Assembly: GCA_964016885.1 (NCBI GenBank)
Contig: OZ024740.1
Span: 172,050,001 to 172,114,000, forward strand
Length of the DNA: 64,000 bases
Source: Eledone cirrhosa
Taxonomy: Eukaryota
Direction: 5' to 3'
Both the position numbers and the translations under genes were made by a program. Positions 1-12,619 of this stretch are shown here, piece by piece (position 1 is the first letter of the stretch; the number at the start of each line of letters is the position of its first letter). Below the pieces are notes generated by a model, which saw only the letters and a list, made by a program, of their open reading frames with translations, did no database searches and was not told the DNA's origin.

Positions 1-1323
1 AGATACCAAACAGGAATTTAAAGTAGCTGCAAAGAAAATGAAAGGAAGAAGGATTAAAATCATGAAAATCGCAGAAGAGATATCAATTTCATACAACCAA
101 ATGTGTTGGTGTATAAGGTGAATATGGCACATGGTAACAAGGAGGACCTCTCAGAAAAATTTTACAAGGCAGAACAAGCCTGCTTTCAGGTTTTAGGGAA
201 AGGGATCAGAGGGAGAGCTCCTCTCAAAATTCATGAGGCTGGGAGTATATTTTTCATGACCAGAGCAACAGATATTCATGGCCCACTCCTTAGTTCTCCA
301 GGTTAAATGCACAGGCTGAGCCTCCTTCTTATGGGGACTAAATGCAAGAATTGTTGATTTGGGTTCAATGTTTAGGAATGTTTTTACAAAAGGTGATCTG
401 AAAGTTGTTAGAGCATTGGATTAAATACCTTGGGTATGTTTCAGCTCTTTGAGTTCATCAAATCCTGCCATGGTCAAAATTACCTTTTATCTTTTCAAGA
501 TCAATAAAATACCAGTCATAGATGATGGACTGGCACAACTTTTTGACTGCTAAATGGGAGGCCTTGCCGTATTTGTTTCGGTACTGTGAGTTTAAATCCC
601 ACTGTGATGTACAGGCTACCAGGCAGAAATGGGATTAAGGTGCTGGTATAGTGTTAATGGAACCTTATTAAAAAGGACTTTTACAATAAATTCTTCCGAA
701 AGGTTAAAGCTGAGTTATGTTTATCACTCTGTTAACCATGTGAGAGAGAGTGTCAATGCTTGGCCTAGGGTATCAATTTATTATAGGTTTAAGACTTGGG
801 AGATTTCAGTGCAACACTGCAAGTTAATGAAGTGGTTTCTCAGCTACACACAGCTGTTTTGCTCAAAGCAATGGATTAACCTTAACATTACCATCTGACT
901 TACTGAGTACAGGTAGACATTTTATTTAGTTCATGCAGAGTAAAGAGCAGACAAATCTCATTCAGGTGAAGAGCATGTATCTTGAGTTTTTTGGGGGGAC
1001 AGCAACATCTAGATCCACATTAAAAGACAAGCAACCCATGGTTAAAATGCAGACCAGCCAAGCAATCATTCCATTGGTTTTTATACCTCTACATTTTACA
1101 CAACACAGTTAACTGGAGATACTCAATAGCTGTTGCTGGTGTTACAACTACCACCATCATCACTACAACCACAACTACTACAGCATACATCATTTGTTTA
1201 TATTTTACATATCATTCCTTTTTTCTTTTCTTTTAAACAAATAACCACTTCAAGAATCTGCCTGTTTGCCTAAAGGTTAAGGCAAATGCAATTTATGCAT
1301 AAATAAATAGATGAATAAATAAA

Positions 1324-1673
1324 TTAGCTAATTAACTCACGTGATTCCCTCCTAATTATGTCCTGAATATCTTCCCAGCGTGCTGCCTGATCTTCATCAG
1401 AAAACTCTTGGTGATGAAATTTAGAAATGATTTTGTGTTCTTCATAACTGGGAGGTGGAGCCCTCGGTAGATCAAGGATTTGGTCAGGACATTCTACAAG
1501 GAAAGCACTGCCTGGGGAAGAAGCCATTAAAGAGAACGGAAGATCGGTCAGTTTCGATGGAACTGTTTGGTCATCTTCTGAGTGTTGCTCTGAATGTTGA
1601 TCCATGGATTCTAATCCAACTTCATCACCAACACTACAGCGGAGGCCTAGGACTTTGTCAAAGAATTTTTTCT
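1324..1673 (-). CDS. Probable last coding exon of a host gene; cytoplasmic-tail-like peptide with PPPSY (PY) motif
   Basis: The frame stays open upstream of the listed ATG (KKFFDKVLGLRCSVGDEVGLESMDQ...PRAPPPSYEEH...RRESRELIS*) up to a polypyrimidine tract plus TAG acceptor (minus strand ttttctctcttttctttctcgggatttctag, plus 1674-1702). Sequence is non-repetitive. Upstream exons were not identified. Confidence 0.65.
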
Positions 1674-1784
1674 CTAGAAATCCCGAGAAAGAAAAGAGAG
1701 AAAAAAAAACAACAATAAATAAATCCAGAAAGTAAATTCAAATTATATATAATTAAAGATGTTTTCTCTGAAGGATGTTGGAAA

Positions 1785-1905
1785 GAAACCACAGTTAAAT
1801 AAGGTACTCAATAAGTTAGTAGAGGAGAAGCATATTTATTTTATATAGAAATAATTTCTATATAATTTCTTACAAACGAAACAGTTCTAGACCTGTAGAA
1901 GCCAT
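1785..1905. mobile_element. Degenerate fold-back repeat, family C
   Basis: Shares ccacag..aaggtactcaata and gaaacagt.ctag.cctgtagaagc with the 29674-29838 element. Confidence 0.5.
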
Positions 1906-2020
1906 TCCTCTCTCAATGTATATAATTTCTCTTTATATATATATACGCATGCATATAAATGGTTTTAAAATAAATGCCTGCTCCTAATGATCTCTACAAG
2001 AGAGTAAAGCAAATATATAA

Positions 2021-2063
<43 letters not shown>

Positions 2064-2860
2064 CGAACACACATATAGACATATATGCATTCTAACCCCC
2101 CCTCTCTCACACACACAAACACATCTTGTAATATTTGGAAAAGTTGAATATTAAACCAGTGATAGAAAGAAATTAATAGCATCTTCTGCTAGAGAGGGGG
2201 AAAGAGTTGAAACAAAGGAGTATGAGGGAGAGTGAACTTCCACTCCCACCACCACCACAATGTTTTTATTTATTTATTATTTCTCACTGGCTCCTTTCAA
2301 CTGTTTGCAGACTTTCAAACATTTGTCTCAACAGCAGCTAAGGTTAAGAGATCAGAACTTGATTCTATTTACATATTTGGTTTCCTTCTTCAGATTGGGA
2401 CTACTGTGCATTGGTTGTGTGTGTGTGTGAGAGTGTGAGTGAGGAGAGAGGGGGGAAGATATGGTTAAGAAGGAAAAATTGTTTAGAAAAACAGAGAGAT
2501 ATAGTGAGTGAGTGAGAGAGAGGGGAGCGATATAGTTTAGACAAGAAAAAACTTTAGAAAAACAGAGAGAGAGAGAATGTATCTGAGTGGCAATGATGAG
2601 AAGGGGGGGGGGGAGTTGTGGCAGTGATGATGATTAACATCATTATCGTAGTGGCTATGATTATGGTGATGTTGATAGAACGAGTGAAAAGATAAAATAA
2701 TGAATCGATGAAATTGTATATGAATGGAACAGAGTAGAAAGAAAGAAACAGAAATAAAGGAAAATAAATTTATTGAATGAAATGAATGTGGATAGAGAAA
2801 AATGAATGAGTGTGAACTAAAATGGAAGCGGGCATGAAAACAGTGTACGTGTGTACATAT

Positions 2861-2904
<44 letters not shown>

Positions 2905-2905
2905 T

Positions 2906-2946
<41 letters not shown>

Positions 2947-3267
2947 TGTGTGCGTAGGGGTGAAAATAAAGAAATTGCTAGAAAAAAGTTTTAAGTATCA
3001 TTTATATTTCTTTCTCCAAATCATGGCATCCCCCCTTTCCTCTGCCCTCACCGGTGTCTACTGCTTCTATTGTAATTCTTTCTAGCTCTTCAATCACACA
3101 CACACTTGCACAAACCGGACTATACCCAAACATCTACAATATCCACTCACACACATATAATATATTATACACATATATATAATATTATATATATATATAA
3201 TATATAGATATATATATATGATATAATATTATATATATATGATATATTATATATATATATATATATA

Positions 3268-3513
3268 GCGAGGGAATTGTGGTAAGGAACCAGATGGACC
3301 ATAACGCACCAGAGTACTCAATACTTAGGGTAGTAGAGTGGGTAATAGGAAAAGGTATGACCCCGACGGCAGAGCTCAAGCCATTTCGACGGCTATTTCT
3401 GGACTAAATTAGAATTTTTAGCCTGGTAAATAAATTTATTTACCAGGCTAAAAATTTAGTCCAGAAATAGCCGTCGAAACGGCTTCAGCTCTGCCGTCGG
3501 GGTCATACCTTTT

Positions 3514-3518
<5 letters not shown>
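3268..3518 (-). mobile_element. Fold-back element family A, copy 1 (palindrome plus tail) in (TA)n
   Basis: Arms about 3345-3434 and 3435-3518 with loopless centre gcctggtaaataaa|tttatttaccaggc. Unpaired tail 3268-3344. TA tracts on both sides. Confidence 0.85.
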
Positions 3519-3579
<61 letters not shown>

Positions 3580-4361
3580 TATATATATGTATTACATGTG
3601 TTGTGTACATATTATGTGCACACGCACACGTACACAGTGTCTTGTATTGTGTTGTGTTGTATCACAACATACAGTCTGTATGAAGCTAGAGAGAAATATG
3701 AATGTTTTGAGTGAAATACAAGAGGGCGAGAAAACGGCAAATAGAGAGGGAGAGGTGGAAGGGATATTACAGTGAGGAAGAGAGAAAGCTAGTGAGATAG
3801 AAAGAACGAAGTAAAGTAAGATACAGAGAGGAGGGTGGTAAAAGATGCTGTTACAAGTGTCTGGCAGATGTTATCTAAAGTGTATGGTGGTAGTAGAAAA
3901 GCATTGCTAATTGGACAGAAAGATAGGGGATCGTGAATGAATGTGGCAACTAGTTGGAGTTTGGTATATACAAATATAAACACACATACACAGACACAAT
4001 CGCACACACACACACATAGGCAGACGTAAAAACGATTTTTTTTTTATCACGCTCTCCTATTGTAGCAACACGTACTATCGGAGAGCTCGCTTACATCAAC
4101 AATACTATAGACGGCTCGTGTGCTTACACAACCATATAAATACATACACACACATATATATATACATGCACACATATACATACAGTACGTTATCTGGAAT
4201 AAAACAAAACTAGAAGAGATAGTCACGAATGGAACCCACTCTCTTCATAGTTAATGTCTAATCGATCAAAGCTGACCTGATCATAAACAACAGGTTCTTG
4301 AACCTCCCCCTCTCTCTCTCTCTATTTTTTTTTAATACTATATATACACATATTACATGTA

Positions 4362-4409
<48 letters not shown>

Positions 4410-4710
4410 TACACACACACACATGTAATATATATGTGTATGTATAGTATAGAATACTTTTAAAACATTATAATCATACATGTATTGTGCATGTTATACT
4501 TATAGCAATATACAAACACACACACAACTTAGAGGGTTACTTGAACCTAGGCTCATGCATATATTTAATGTATAGCAGATCTCTGAAAACTTATCTGAAA
4601 ACAAGTTGCTATCAGTGAGTTTTATACAAGGTCTGGTTTGTTGCTTGATTGCGGGGGAGGGCATATATTCTCCATCTCTAACTGACACTATCTGAACCCT
4701 TACCATTATT

Positions 4711-4756
<46 letters not shown>

Positions 4757-5469
4757 CATAACATTAACAGACACGCACATACATGCATCCGCATCCATCC
4801 ATGCACACATACACACACACGTGTATATAAATTAAAAATATAAATGTCCCAAATAAAATCAAAGATATCGCCCACCGATTTCGACCTGATCACAGCAAAT
4901 TACTTCAATGAGATTAGAAGGAAAGAATATGTAGTTTTCTTTGAACTGTTTTTTGATCTCCAGCATCTAAAATGAAGGGAGATGGGGGGGGGGGGGGGTG
5001 TAAAAATACAACCCCCTTCCCCCACTCTGCCATGAGATCCCCCACCCCCACCCCAAACAACCACTGCCGAATCCCAAACGTCTCCACCCAAAGGCGAAAA
5101 GAAAAGAAGGGAAGAATAATAAAACGGGGAAAAAAGCCATCACTGCTACCATATCTATAAAACAAAATTAACCGCCATCCCCACCTGTATCACCACAACC
5201 ACCACCACCACCACCATCATCACCATAACTATTAATATCCACAGTCACAGCCGCCCCGCCGCCCTACATGTATTACCTACACAACCACTAGCTTAGCACC
5301 ACCGTCACTACAACTATCAAAACTCGCCGCCACCACCCCATTAACACTGCCAATGTCACTAAGTTTCCTCCTACGCAATCAACAACAAATACAACTTCTC
5401 TCTACCGCCGCCACCTCCACACGGCTGTCGCTGTTTGGATATTGCCCTGGTGGCAAATATAAGAAATGA

Positions 5470-5655
5470 TTGGAGTGGCAGTATCGGTAGAGCTTTGCTG
5501 CATAGAGTTACTGAACTTTACGTTCTGAGTTCAAATCGAGCTGAGGTTAGCTTTGCCTTTCATCCTTATAGGGTCAATAAAATAAAGTACCAGTCACGAC
5601 TTCCCCTCTCCCCAAATTGTTGGCCTTGTGCCTAAGTCAGAAACCATTATTATTA
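5470..5655 (+). mobile_element. tRNA-derived SINE (main family)
   Basis: A-box-like TGGCAGTATCGG, B-box-like GAGTTCAAATC, body ttgcctttcatcc...aaagtaccag, (ATT)n tail. Confidence 0.8.
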
Positions 5656-5895
5656 TCAGTAGTAGCAGTAGTAGCAGTAGTAGCAGCAGTAGTAGTAATA
5701 GTACTAGTAGTGGCAGTTTCGATTTGTCCTTCCATTGCCGATACTATCTGAAGTAACGTGAGATAAGTATTTTGCTCAAGAAGACAATGTGGCGCCCAGT
5801 CCAAGAATCGCACCCACGATTTTATGTTCTTGAGACCAACAATCTAACCACTAGACCGCCTACCTTCCCCCAAAGAATGTAAAACCTACCATTAT

Positions 5896-6180
5896 TGGTG
5901 AATTAGCAGTATCGGTAGAGGGTTGGGCGCCATGTTTTCTAGCATAGTTACGTCCCTTTACGATCTGAGTTCAAATCCCGCGGAGGTTAACTTTGCCTTT
6001 CATCCTTCGGGGGTCGATGAAATAAAGTACCAGTAATGTACTGTTATCACTGTCACCCAAACCAACGCCTTTTACTATTTTATTACGCCCAGAAGGAAAG
6101 AAAATAGCTTGACCTCGGCGAGATTTGAACTTAGATGCAAGAGAGTGTAGCTAAATACCACTACCAATTTTAGTCTGCCT
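5896..6180. mobile_element. Two main-family SINE copies in opposite orientation
   Basis: Plus copy about 5896-6045; diverged minus copy about 6065-6180. Confidence 0.65.
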
Positions 6181-6473
6181 ATTGACTGTTCTCTATTGAT
6201 GAGGAAGGGCCTCTACCTGGTCACTCAACATGCTAGAAACAGCAGTAAAATCGTCCCTCCCTTACCAAAACCTAACCACACTGTCTTTAAGATAAGTACA
6301 CATTGGATAATGTTCTAGATTCACTATATAAATAAAACAGGTTGGTCATGGCTGAAGTGTCTACTCACTTGAGTGGGGCTAACCCATGTAATGATGATGA
6401 TGGGTGACGATGAAGACAGTGGTAGTGGGAGGGTAGTCGCGTTGTTAACTTTAGTTGATAGTGTGTTCGTAGA

Positions 6474-6505
<32 letters not shown>

Positions 6506-7453
6506 ATGTATGTAAAGGTGCCGTATATATTATATATATAACTTCAGCAATCAACTCCTACAAAAACTACTACAAATTTAACAAAACAAGACAAACGAAA
6601 TAGTCGGGCACATTCGCTCTCTCTCTCTCTCCCACCATCACCATCTTCTCTCTAACTCTTTCTTGCCACCATCCCCCGTCCCTTTGGCACCCTTACATAA
6701 ACCCATACCCACCGCTCTACCTACTATCACGCTACTTTTCAACCACCATCACCAACAACGTCATCAACACCATCATCTTCATCATTCGAGTAACATAGAC
6801 GACACTCCATCATAGCCATAATGATACCACACCATACCATATAACCACAACTAGCACCCAGCAGCACCACCTGCCATCCCCACTATTCCATTGCCCCATC
6901 CAAAATTGTCACATTCACACACATACACCATATATATATATATATATATATATATAATCCCTCCATCAACACCACTAACTAAACACAACCAGCCCAGTAA
7001 CATTTGGCTCTATTAAATTCCCTCCCACTTCTTTTTTTTTTTTACTTTTTTCATTTCCTATTTTTTTAATATTGTATTAGTAGTAGTAATAGCACCACCA
7101 CCACCACCACCACCAGCAGCAGCAGCAGCTCTCTTTGAGAGAATCCCTTTGACTTTAATCTTATTTTTCGCTGTTCGTTTCACCAGAGAAACTGATATAT
7201 ACAGAAAGGGGGAGAGGGAAGCAAAGCACCCCCTAAAAAAGGAAAAAGAAAACGAAATAAAAACAAAGACAGGATGTGATGGTTAAGGGATATGGTCCAG
7301 GTGGTGGTAGTGGTGGTGGCTTTGAATGATTGTTATACGATGCTGGTTGTAAAAAAAAAAATATAATAGTCGTTGTGGAGCTGGTGACATGGCCGGCTAA
7401 AAGCACACTCCACATCCACCATCCATTTGCAAGAACCTTAATGAAATAGTTAA

Positions 7454-7659
7454 CCCTTTCATTACCATGTTTCTAAAGACTGCTTCTGATTTTGAAATCA
7501 TTTTGAAAATATTCAAGAATTTAGAAGAATTTAATCACAACTAAATTTCTCATTATTAAGCTAGTGTTTGGAGCAAAACTTAACAAAGGTTCTTTCAAAT
7601 AAAGCTTAATTTCTATCACTGAACCAAGATCGGTTTCAGGGGGTTTGGTATCAAAAAGG
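7454..7659. mobile_element. piggyBac-like MITE
   Basis: TTAA|ccctttcattacc ... ggtatcaaaaagg|TTAA: imperfect TIRs with TTAA target duplication. Confidence 0.65.
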
Positions 7660-7949
7660 TTAATAGTATATCTACATAGAACGATGTAGTGACCCCACCA
7701 TCAACCCTTACTGAGCTCCAAAATCGAGGTAACACCTAATAAAAATATAAAGATATTTGATAGCAATTATAACATTTTTCATTTTGTCAAAAAATTATCT
7801 TTCAGTTACATGTTTATATGCATTTAAAAGGGCACGAAACCATTTCCCCCGGACTATAAGTCCGTTGGCTGCATCTCGAATTGTTCTCGTTTTCAGAGAC
7901 CCTACTACCACATTATCCAATATGTCCATTTCCATCGAACATTAATTGA

Positions 7950-8082
7950 ATGGGCCCTTGCCATTCTGAGTTCAAATCCCGCCGAGGTTAACTTTGCCTT
8001 TCATCCTTACGGGGTCGATAAAATAAAGTACCAGTAATGCACTGGGTGATTGCTGGCCTTGTGCCTAAAGTAGAAACAATTA
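7950..8082 (+). mobile_element. 5'-truncated main-family SINE
   Basis: B box gagttcaaatccc through gtagaaacaatt. Confidence 0.8.
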
Positions 8083-8224
8083 ATTGAATGGGCACTCAAT
8101 AGATGTGTAATAGAGTATACGTTAAATTTTCCGAAGAAAAAGGTGGTAGTGATTTCGAAGCTTCGGCGATGGTCACTATATGTATATACACATACATTGT
8201 GATTGTGTGATTGTGTGATTGTGT

Positions 8225-8277
<53 letters not shown>

Positions 8278-8816
8278 TGCGCAACTGGTCTTTGTCTTTG
8301 GAATAAGAATATTTGAAACACACAAGAACACACCAGCCACTTTCTGTCTCTACATTACCGTCGTCCTTGCTCTCAGCGGCATCATATTCTCTCCTCACGT
8401 CCGTGTGCTAAGATGCAAATAAAAGCTAGAACTAAGAATTGTTACCATCCGTCTGTCTATCTGTAATGTACTGCAAAGGCTGCGGTGCCCTCTTCCATTC
8501 ATATTAATGGCCTTCACACACTTTATGGGGTTCTACATACACTACACCGTCTTTCCATGTCACAACATAAAAGTTATTTAATTTTTTTTCCAAAACAAAC
8601 ATGCAAAAGAAAGAAAAAGATAAAACTGTTACAAGCTTCTTTTCTTTAAAACAATTAGATATTAAAAAAAAACGCAAGACAGAAAATGTTTTTCTAATTT
8701 TAAAATATATAAATTATCTCCAATTTTATTTCGTTTCCTTTCTTTTTTTTTACTTCATAGTTGCCTTTTTTAATGGCAATTTGGAAAGGAAATATATTTA
8801 AACTGCCGGCATGCAG

Positions 8817-8955
<139 letters not shown>

Positions 8956-9085
8956 GTTTATATACACAGGCATCACCAATTTCTCCCCACTCTTTCTATA
9001 TAACAACATTTAAGGTCGAATTTCCGCGCGAAACCGACAGGTAACCCAAACAAATGTAGTGTTATTCTATACACACACACACATA

Positions 9086-9130
<45 letters not shown>

Positions 9131-9139
9131 TGTAAATGT

Positions 9140-9293
9140 GGTTGGTGTTAGGAAGGGCATCCAGCCGTAGAAAACGTGCCAGATAGTCCTATACGAGCGA
9201 GACACGGTCACCCGACCAATCTTGTCTCAAATTGGGACAACTCCCGTCTAATCCATGCTAGCGTGGAAGGAAGACGTTAAATGATGATGATGA
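9140..9293 (+). mobile_element. RTE-associated SINE 3' fragment
   Basis: aggaagggcatccagccgta...gacgttaaa(tga)n tail; related motif near 34875. Confidence 0.5.
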
Positions 9294-9321
9294 CGCGCAC
9301 ACACACATATATATATATATA

Positions 9322-9933
9322 TGAGGGCAATCCCAAAAGTAAGGTCTCCAAAGCGATGGGGACGCAGAGAAACTGTTCGTACGGCTGTTGGCAACACTGT
9401 TGCGATTGGTGTTTCCTTCACTCCCAAACAAACATGCGCGCGCTTCGCTGGGATGCTCAATTTCCGACGAGACAGTCGCAATTTTTCCGTTAAAATCCTG
9501 TGGATAGTGCTTCGGGAAAACCTCAGGAAGTAAAATGCAGATAGCATCCACAGTGATCCGCCGATCTTTACGCATGTTTTCCTCGACCTTTGCGACTGTC
9601 TCGTCGGAAATTGACGGTCTCCCTGCGAACGTTTTTGACATCCATGCACGACTGTCCATACACTTCCGTCAATTGGCGAGGAATTTCAATCGGTTCAACG
9701 CCTTTTGCGTTCAAAAACCGAATAACTGCGCGAACTTCGCACTTGGCGGTAGCGTTCAACGGGAGCGCCCTTCTCAACGGCTGCCAAGCCAAGATTGAGC
9801 ATCCCAGCGAAGCGCGCGCATGCTTGTTTGGGAGTGAAGGAAGTACCAATCACAACAGTGTTGCCAACAGCCGTACGAACAGTTTCTCTGCGTCCCCATC
9901 GCTTTGGAGACCTTACTTTTGGGATTGCCCTCG
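9322..9933 (-). mobile_element. mariner-derived MITE with 140-bp inverted arms and an N-terminal transposase (HTH) remnant
   Basis: TA|(T/C)GAGGGCAATCCCAAAAGT termini; arms 9322-9461 and 9794-9933. The interior encodes EVRAVIRFLNAKG...LTEVYG and, after frameshifts, GRPS...DRRITV...SRSTIHRIL. Confidence 0.9.
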
Positions 9934-9940
9934 TATATAT

Positions 9941-10092
9941 AGGAAAATATTTGAGTCCAGAAATAGCCGTCGAAACGGCTTGAGCTCTGCCGTCGGGGTT
10001 ACACATTTCCCTATTACCCACTCTACTACCCTAAGTATTGAGTACTCTGGTGCGTTATGGTCCATCTGGTTCCTTACCACACTTCCTTCGTT
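9941..10092 (+). mobile_element. Fold-back element family A, copy 2 (about 10-bp residual inverted arm)
   Basis: Near-identical to the reverse complement of 3268-3410; TA flanks. Confidence 0.85.
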
Positions 10093-10174
10093 ATATATAT
10101 ATATATATATAAAAAGGCATTTCTTAAAATTCCAGCCCGCCCGTCTCCTCAATCTGTTTTATTTCTCATTCCTT

Positions 10175-10209
10175 CTTCTGATGAAGGACTAGCGTCCGAA
10201 ACGTTAAGG
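10175..10209 (+). ncRNA. Minimal type I hammerhead ribozyme motif (family D element, about 10113-10300)
   Basis: ctt CTGATGA a GGAC tagc GTCC GAAA cgt TA agg: intact core, 4-bp stem II, palindromic AACGTT at stem III. Confidence 0.75.
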
Positions 10210-10299
10210 CCCTCTTCCTGCTATATCAAGCGTTAACCTAATATATCCCTTCCATATACTGTACCGATTGTGTTGTTATTTCTGTTTACCTTTTACATA

Positions 10300-10407
<108 letters not shown>

Positions 10408-10705
10408 TATACATACATCATATACATGTCTATGTATGTATATATAAAGATTGAGGAGGAATTGGTAATGCATATGTATTTACATATAAACAATATATAC
10501 ATACACATATCCACACATACACGCACACATGTTTTCTCTCAATGTCAAATTTAGTTAGTAATATATAAGCCAGCTGTCTGTGTTTTCATTCATAGTTAAG
10601 TTTTATTCAGTTGCAGCCGATATATAAATAAATACAAGTTTTCAAATGGTACACTGTTACCAACAGACATGAAAAAAGTGAGACTAGTATAGAGAGAGAT
10701 AAAGA

Positions 10706-10779
<74 letters not shown>

Positions 10780-10854
10780 TTGTTTTTTGTTTTTCTTCTA
10801 TTAGTTTCCAACCTATGTTTTTTGTTTTTCTTCTATTAGTTTCCAACCTAATTC

Positions 10855-10885
<31 letters not shown>

Positions 10886-11284
10886 ATATGCATATTATAA
10901 TATACATATAATATATATATATATATATAAGACAGTAAAAAACAATTGTTGGTGTTATTACTGTTCTTATTCCGCTACTCCTGTAAACTCTTGTAGCTGC
11001 TGTAGTTTTAGTTGTATCAGGTTTTCACATGGGAGTCCCAAATAAATAAATAGATAAATATTCACTGCCAACATCACACCACCATCAATTCGTACCACTG
11101 CCGCCTTTATTACTAAATATAAATACACATACGTTATGTAGACAGTAAAAAAAAAGTATGTAACATAAATATATTAAAATAAATATATCTATTTTACCAG
11201 AACATGTGTTTCTGCAAGTATGCCAACTTAGTAATAAATACAGTCACTAGTTTTATATTATATATATATATATATAGAGAGAGA

Positions 11285-11400
11285 TGTGTGTATGTGTGAA
11301 AAGTAAACGGAAAGCAATACAACACACGATACAGTATAAACGTTTCGGGTGATAGTCCTTCATTGGAAGATAGAATGAGAAATAAAAGAATAGAAAGATA
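11285..11400 (-). mobile_element. Family D copy with decayed hammerhead motif
   Basis: Minus strand ttttatttctcattctatcttCCAATGAaggactatcacccGAAACGTT aligns with 10157-10205 and ends near (TA)n. Confidence 0.6.
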
Positions 11401-11930
11401 GATGTCTTCTTTGTCTTCAGAAGAAGAAGCTGAAGAAAATAAAGAAAAAGAAAAAGACGAAAAAAGTAGACATGAATACATATTTGACGCAGACGGGTTG
11501 CTTTTGCTAATAGGCCTACTGTTCAGCCACGAGCTTCATCAGCCGGATTTATGTGTAAAACGGCCCGACATTTTCTCTATTAAATATATTGAAAACTATA
11601 TACATGTGAGATAAAATTCCATCGACACACCAGTACTTCCACATTTAACTAAAGTACTACACAGAAAAGCAACCCTCGAAACATTAGATTATTGAGCACT
11701 CTCGTAAAACTATACGTATATATAAATATCTTTCTACACCATCACTACCACTGTTACTACAACAATCACCATCCTCACTACCTCTAACTACTACCACCTT
11801 TCCCATTGTCATGTTTATTCAAAATCTGGTTCTTGGGTGGCAGGTGGATCTAATCTAACGCCCTCTTCAACTCGAACCTGGGTGCTTTTAATAGCAACAG
11901 TTTTCTGTATGTGTATGTGTGTGTATATAT

Positions 11931-12072
11931 ATAGGGAAATGTTTAACCCCGTCGAAACGGCTTGAGCTCTGCCGTCGGGGTTAAACATTTCCCTATTACC
12001 CACTCTACTACCCTAAGTATTGGGTACTCTGGTGCGTTATGGTCCATCTGGTTGTTTACCACACTTCCTTCG

Positions 12073-12073
<1 letters not shown>
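11931..12073 (+). mobile_element. Fold-back element family A, copy 3 (21-bp inverted arm)
   Basis: atagggaaatgtttaaccccg (11931-11951) is the exact reverse complement of 11976-11996; TA flanks. Confidence 0.85.
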
Positions 12074-12129
<56 letters not shown>

Positions 12130-12619
12130 AATAGGTTAAACTGTTGGCATCGTGTCACAAAGACAAAGAGAGATATAATGCAATGTTAAACATTTAATTT
12201 ACAATTTAGCATTGTAATGGCTACATATGATGACCTTTTAGTGCCAGGGTAATATACAACACACATTTGAAATAAATAAAGGGTGTATTGTATAGACAAG
12301 GGCTGTTAGTGATGTACTACGAAGAAGAGTGAAGGAAATAGAGAGAGAAATGTCTGTAAGGATGAAAGAAGAGAGTGAAAGAGAATGAGTGATAGGAGAA
12401 AGAGGACAGTGAAGTAGTGACGATAGTGATAAATATATCCACACACACATACATACATACGTATGTTAATGGCGACCGTTGTGGTCAGTCCGATGATTGG
12501 ACATATGTAATTACGGCTTATATGAAGACAACATACCATATAATGGAAAAGTTGAGCTTCATATTGCGGTAAGATTACATACAATATTTCTACATAAGTG
12601 TTGTAAATATATTGCAAAC

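Noticed and set aside
3400-3500. Hammerhead in family A (gtcGAAACggc)
   Set aside because: No CUGANGA is present in the roughly 45 nt available upstream in any copy; unresolved, so not called
5470-5560. tRNA genes at A/B box motifs
   Set aside because: The boxes belong to SINE heads, with an extended spacer and no cloverleaf
8280-8520. Non-repetitive stretch as a candidate upstream exon (also 4500-4706 and 17039-17233)
   Set aside because: No recognisable protein motif or convincing pair of splice sites
11490-11546. Minus-strand CTGATGAAGCT...AGCAAAAG hammerhead-like motif
   Set aside because: G12 is missing and stems I and III are weak; at best a decayed relic
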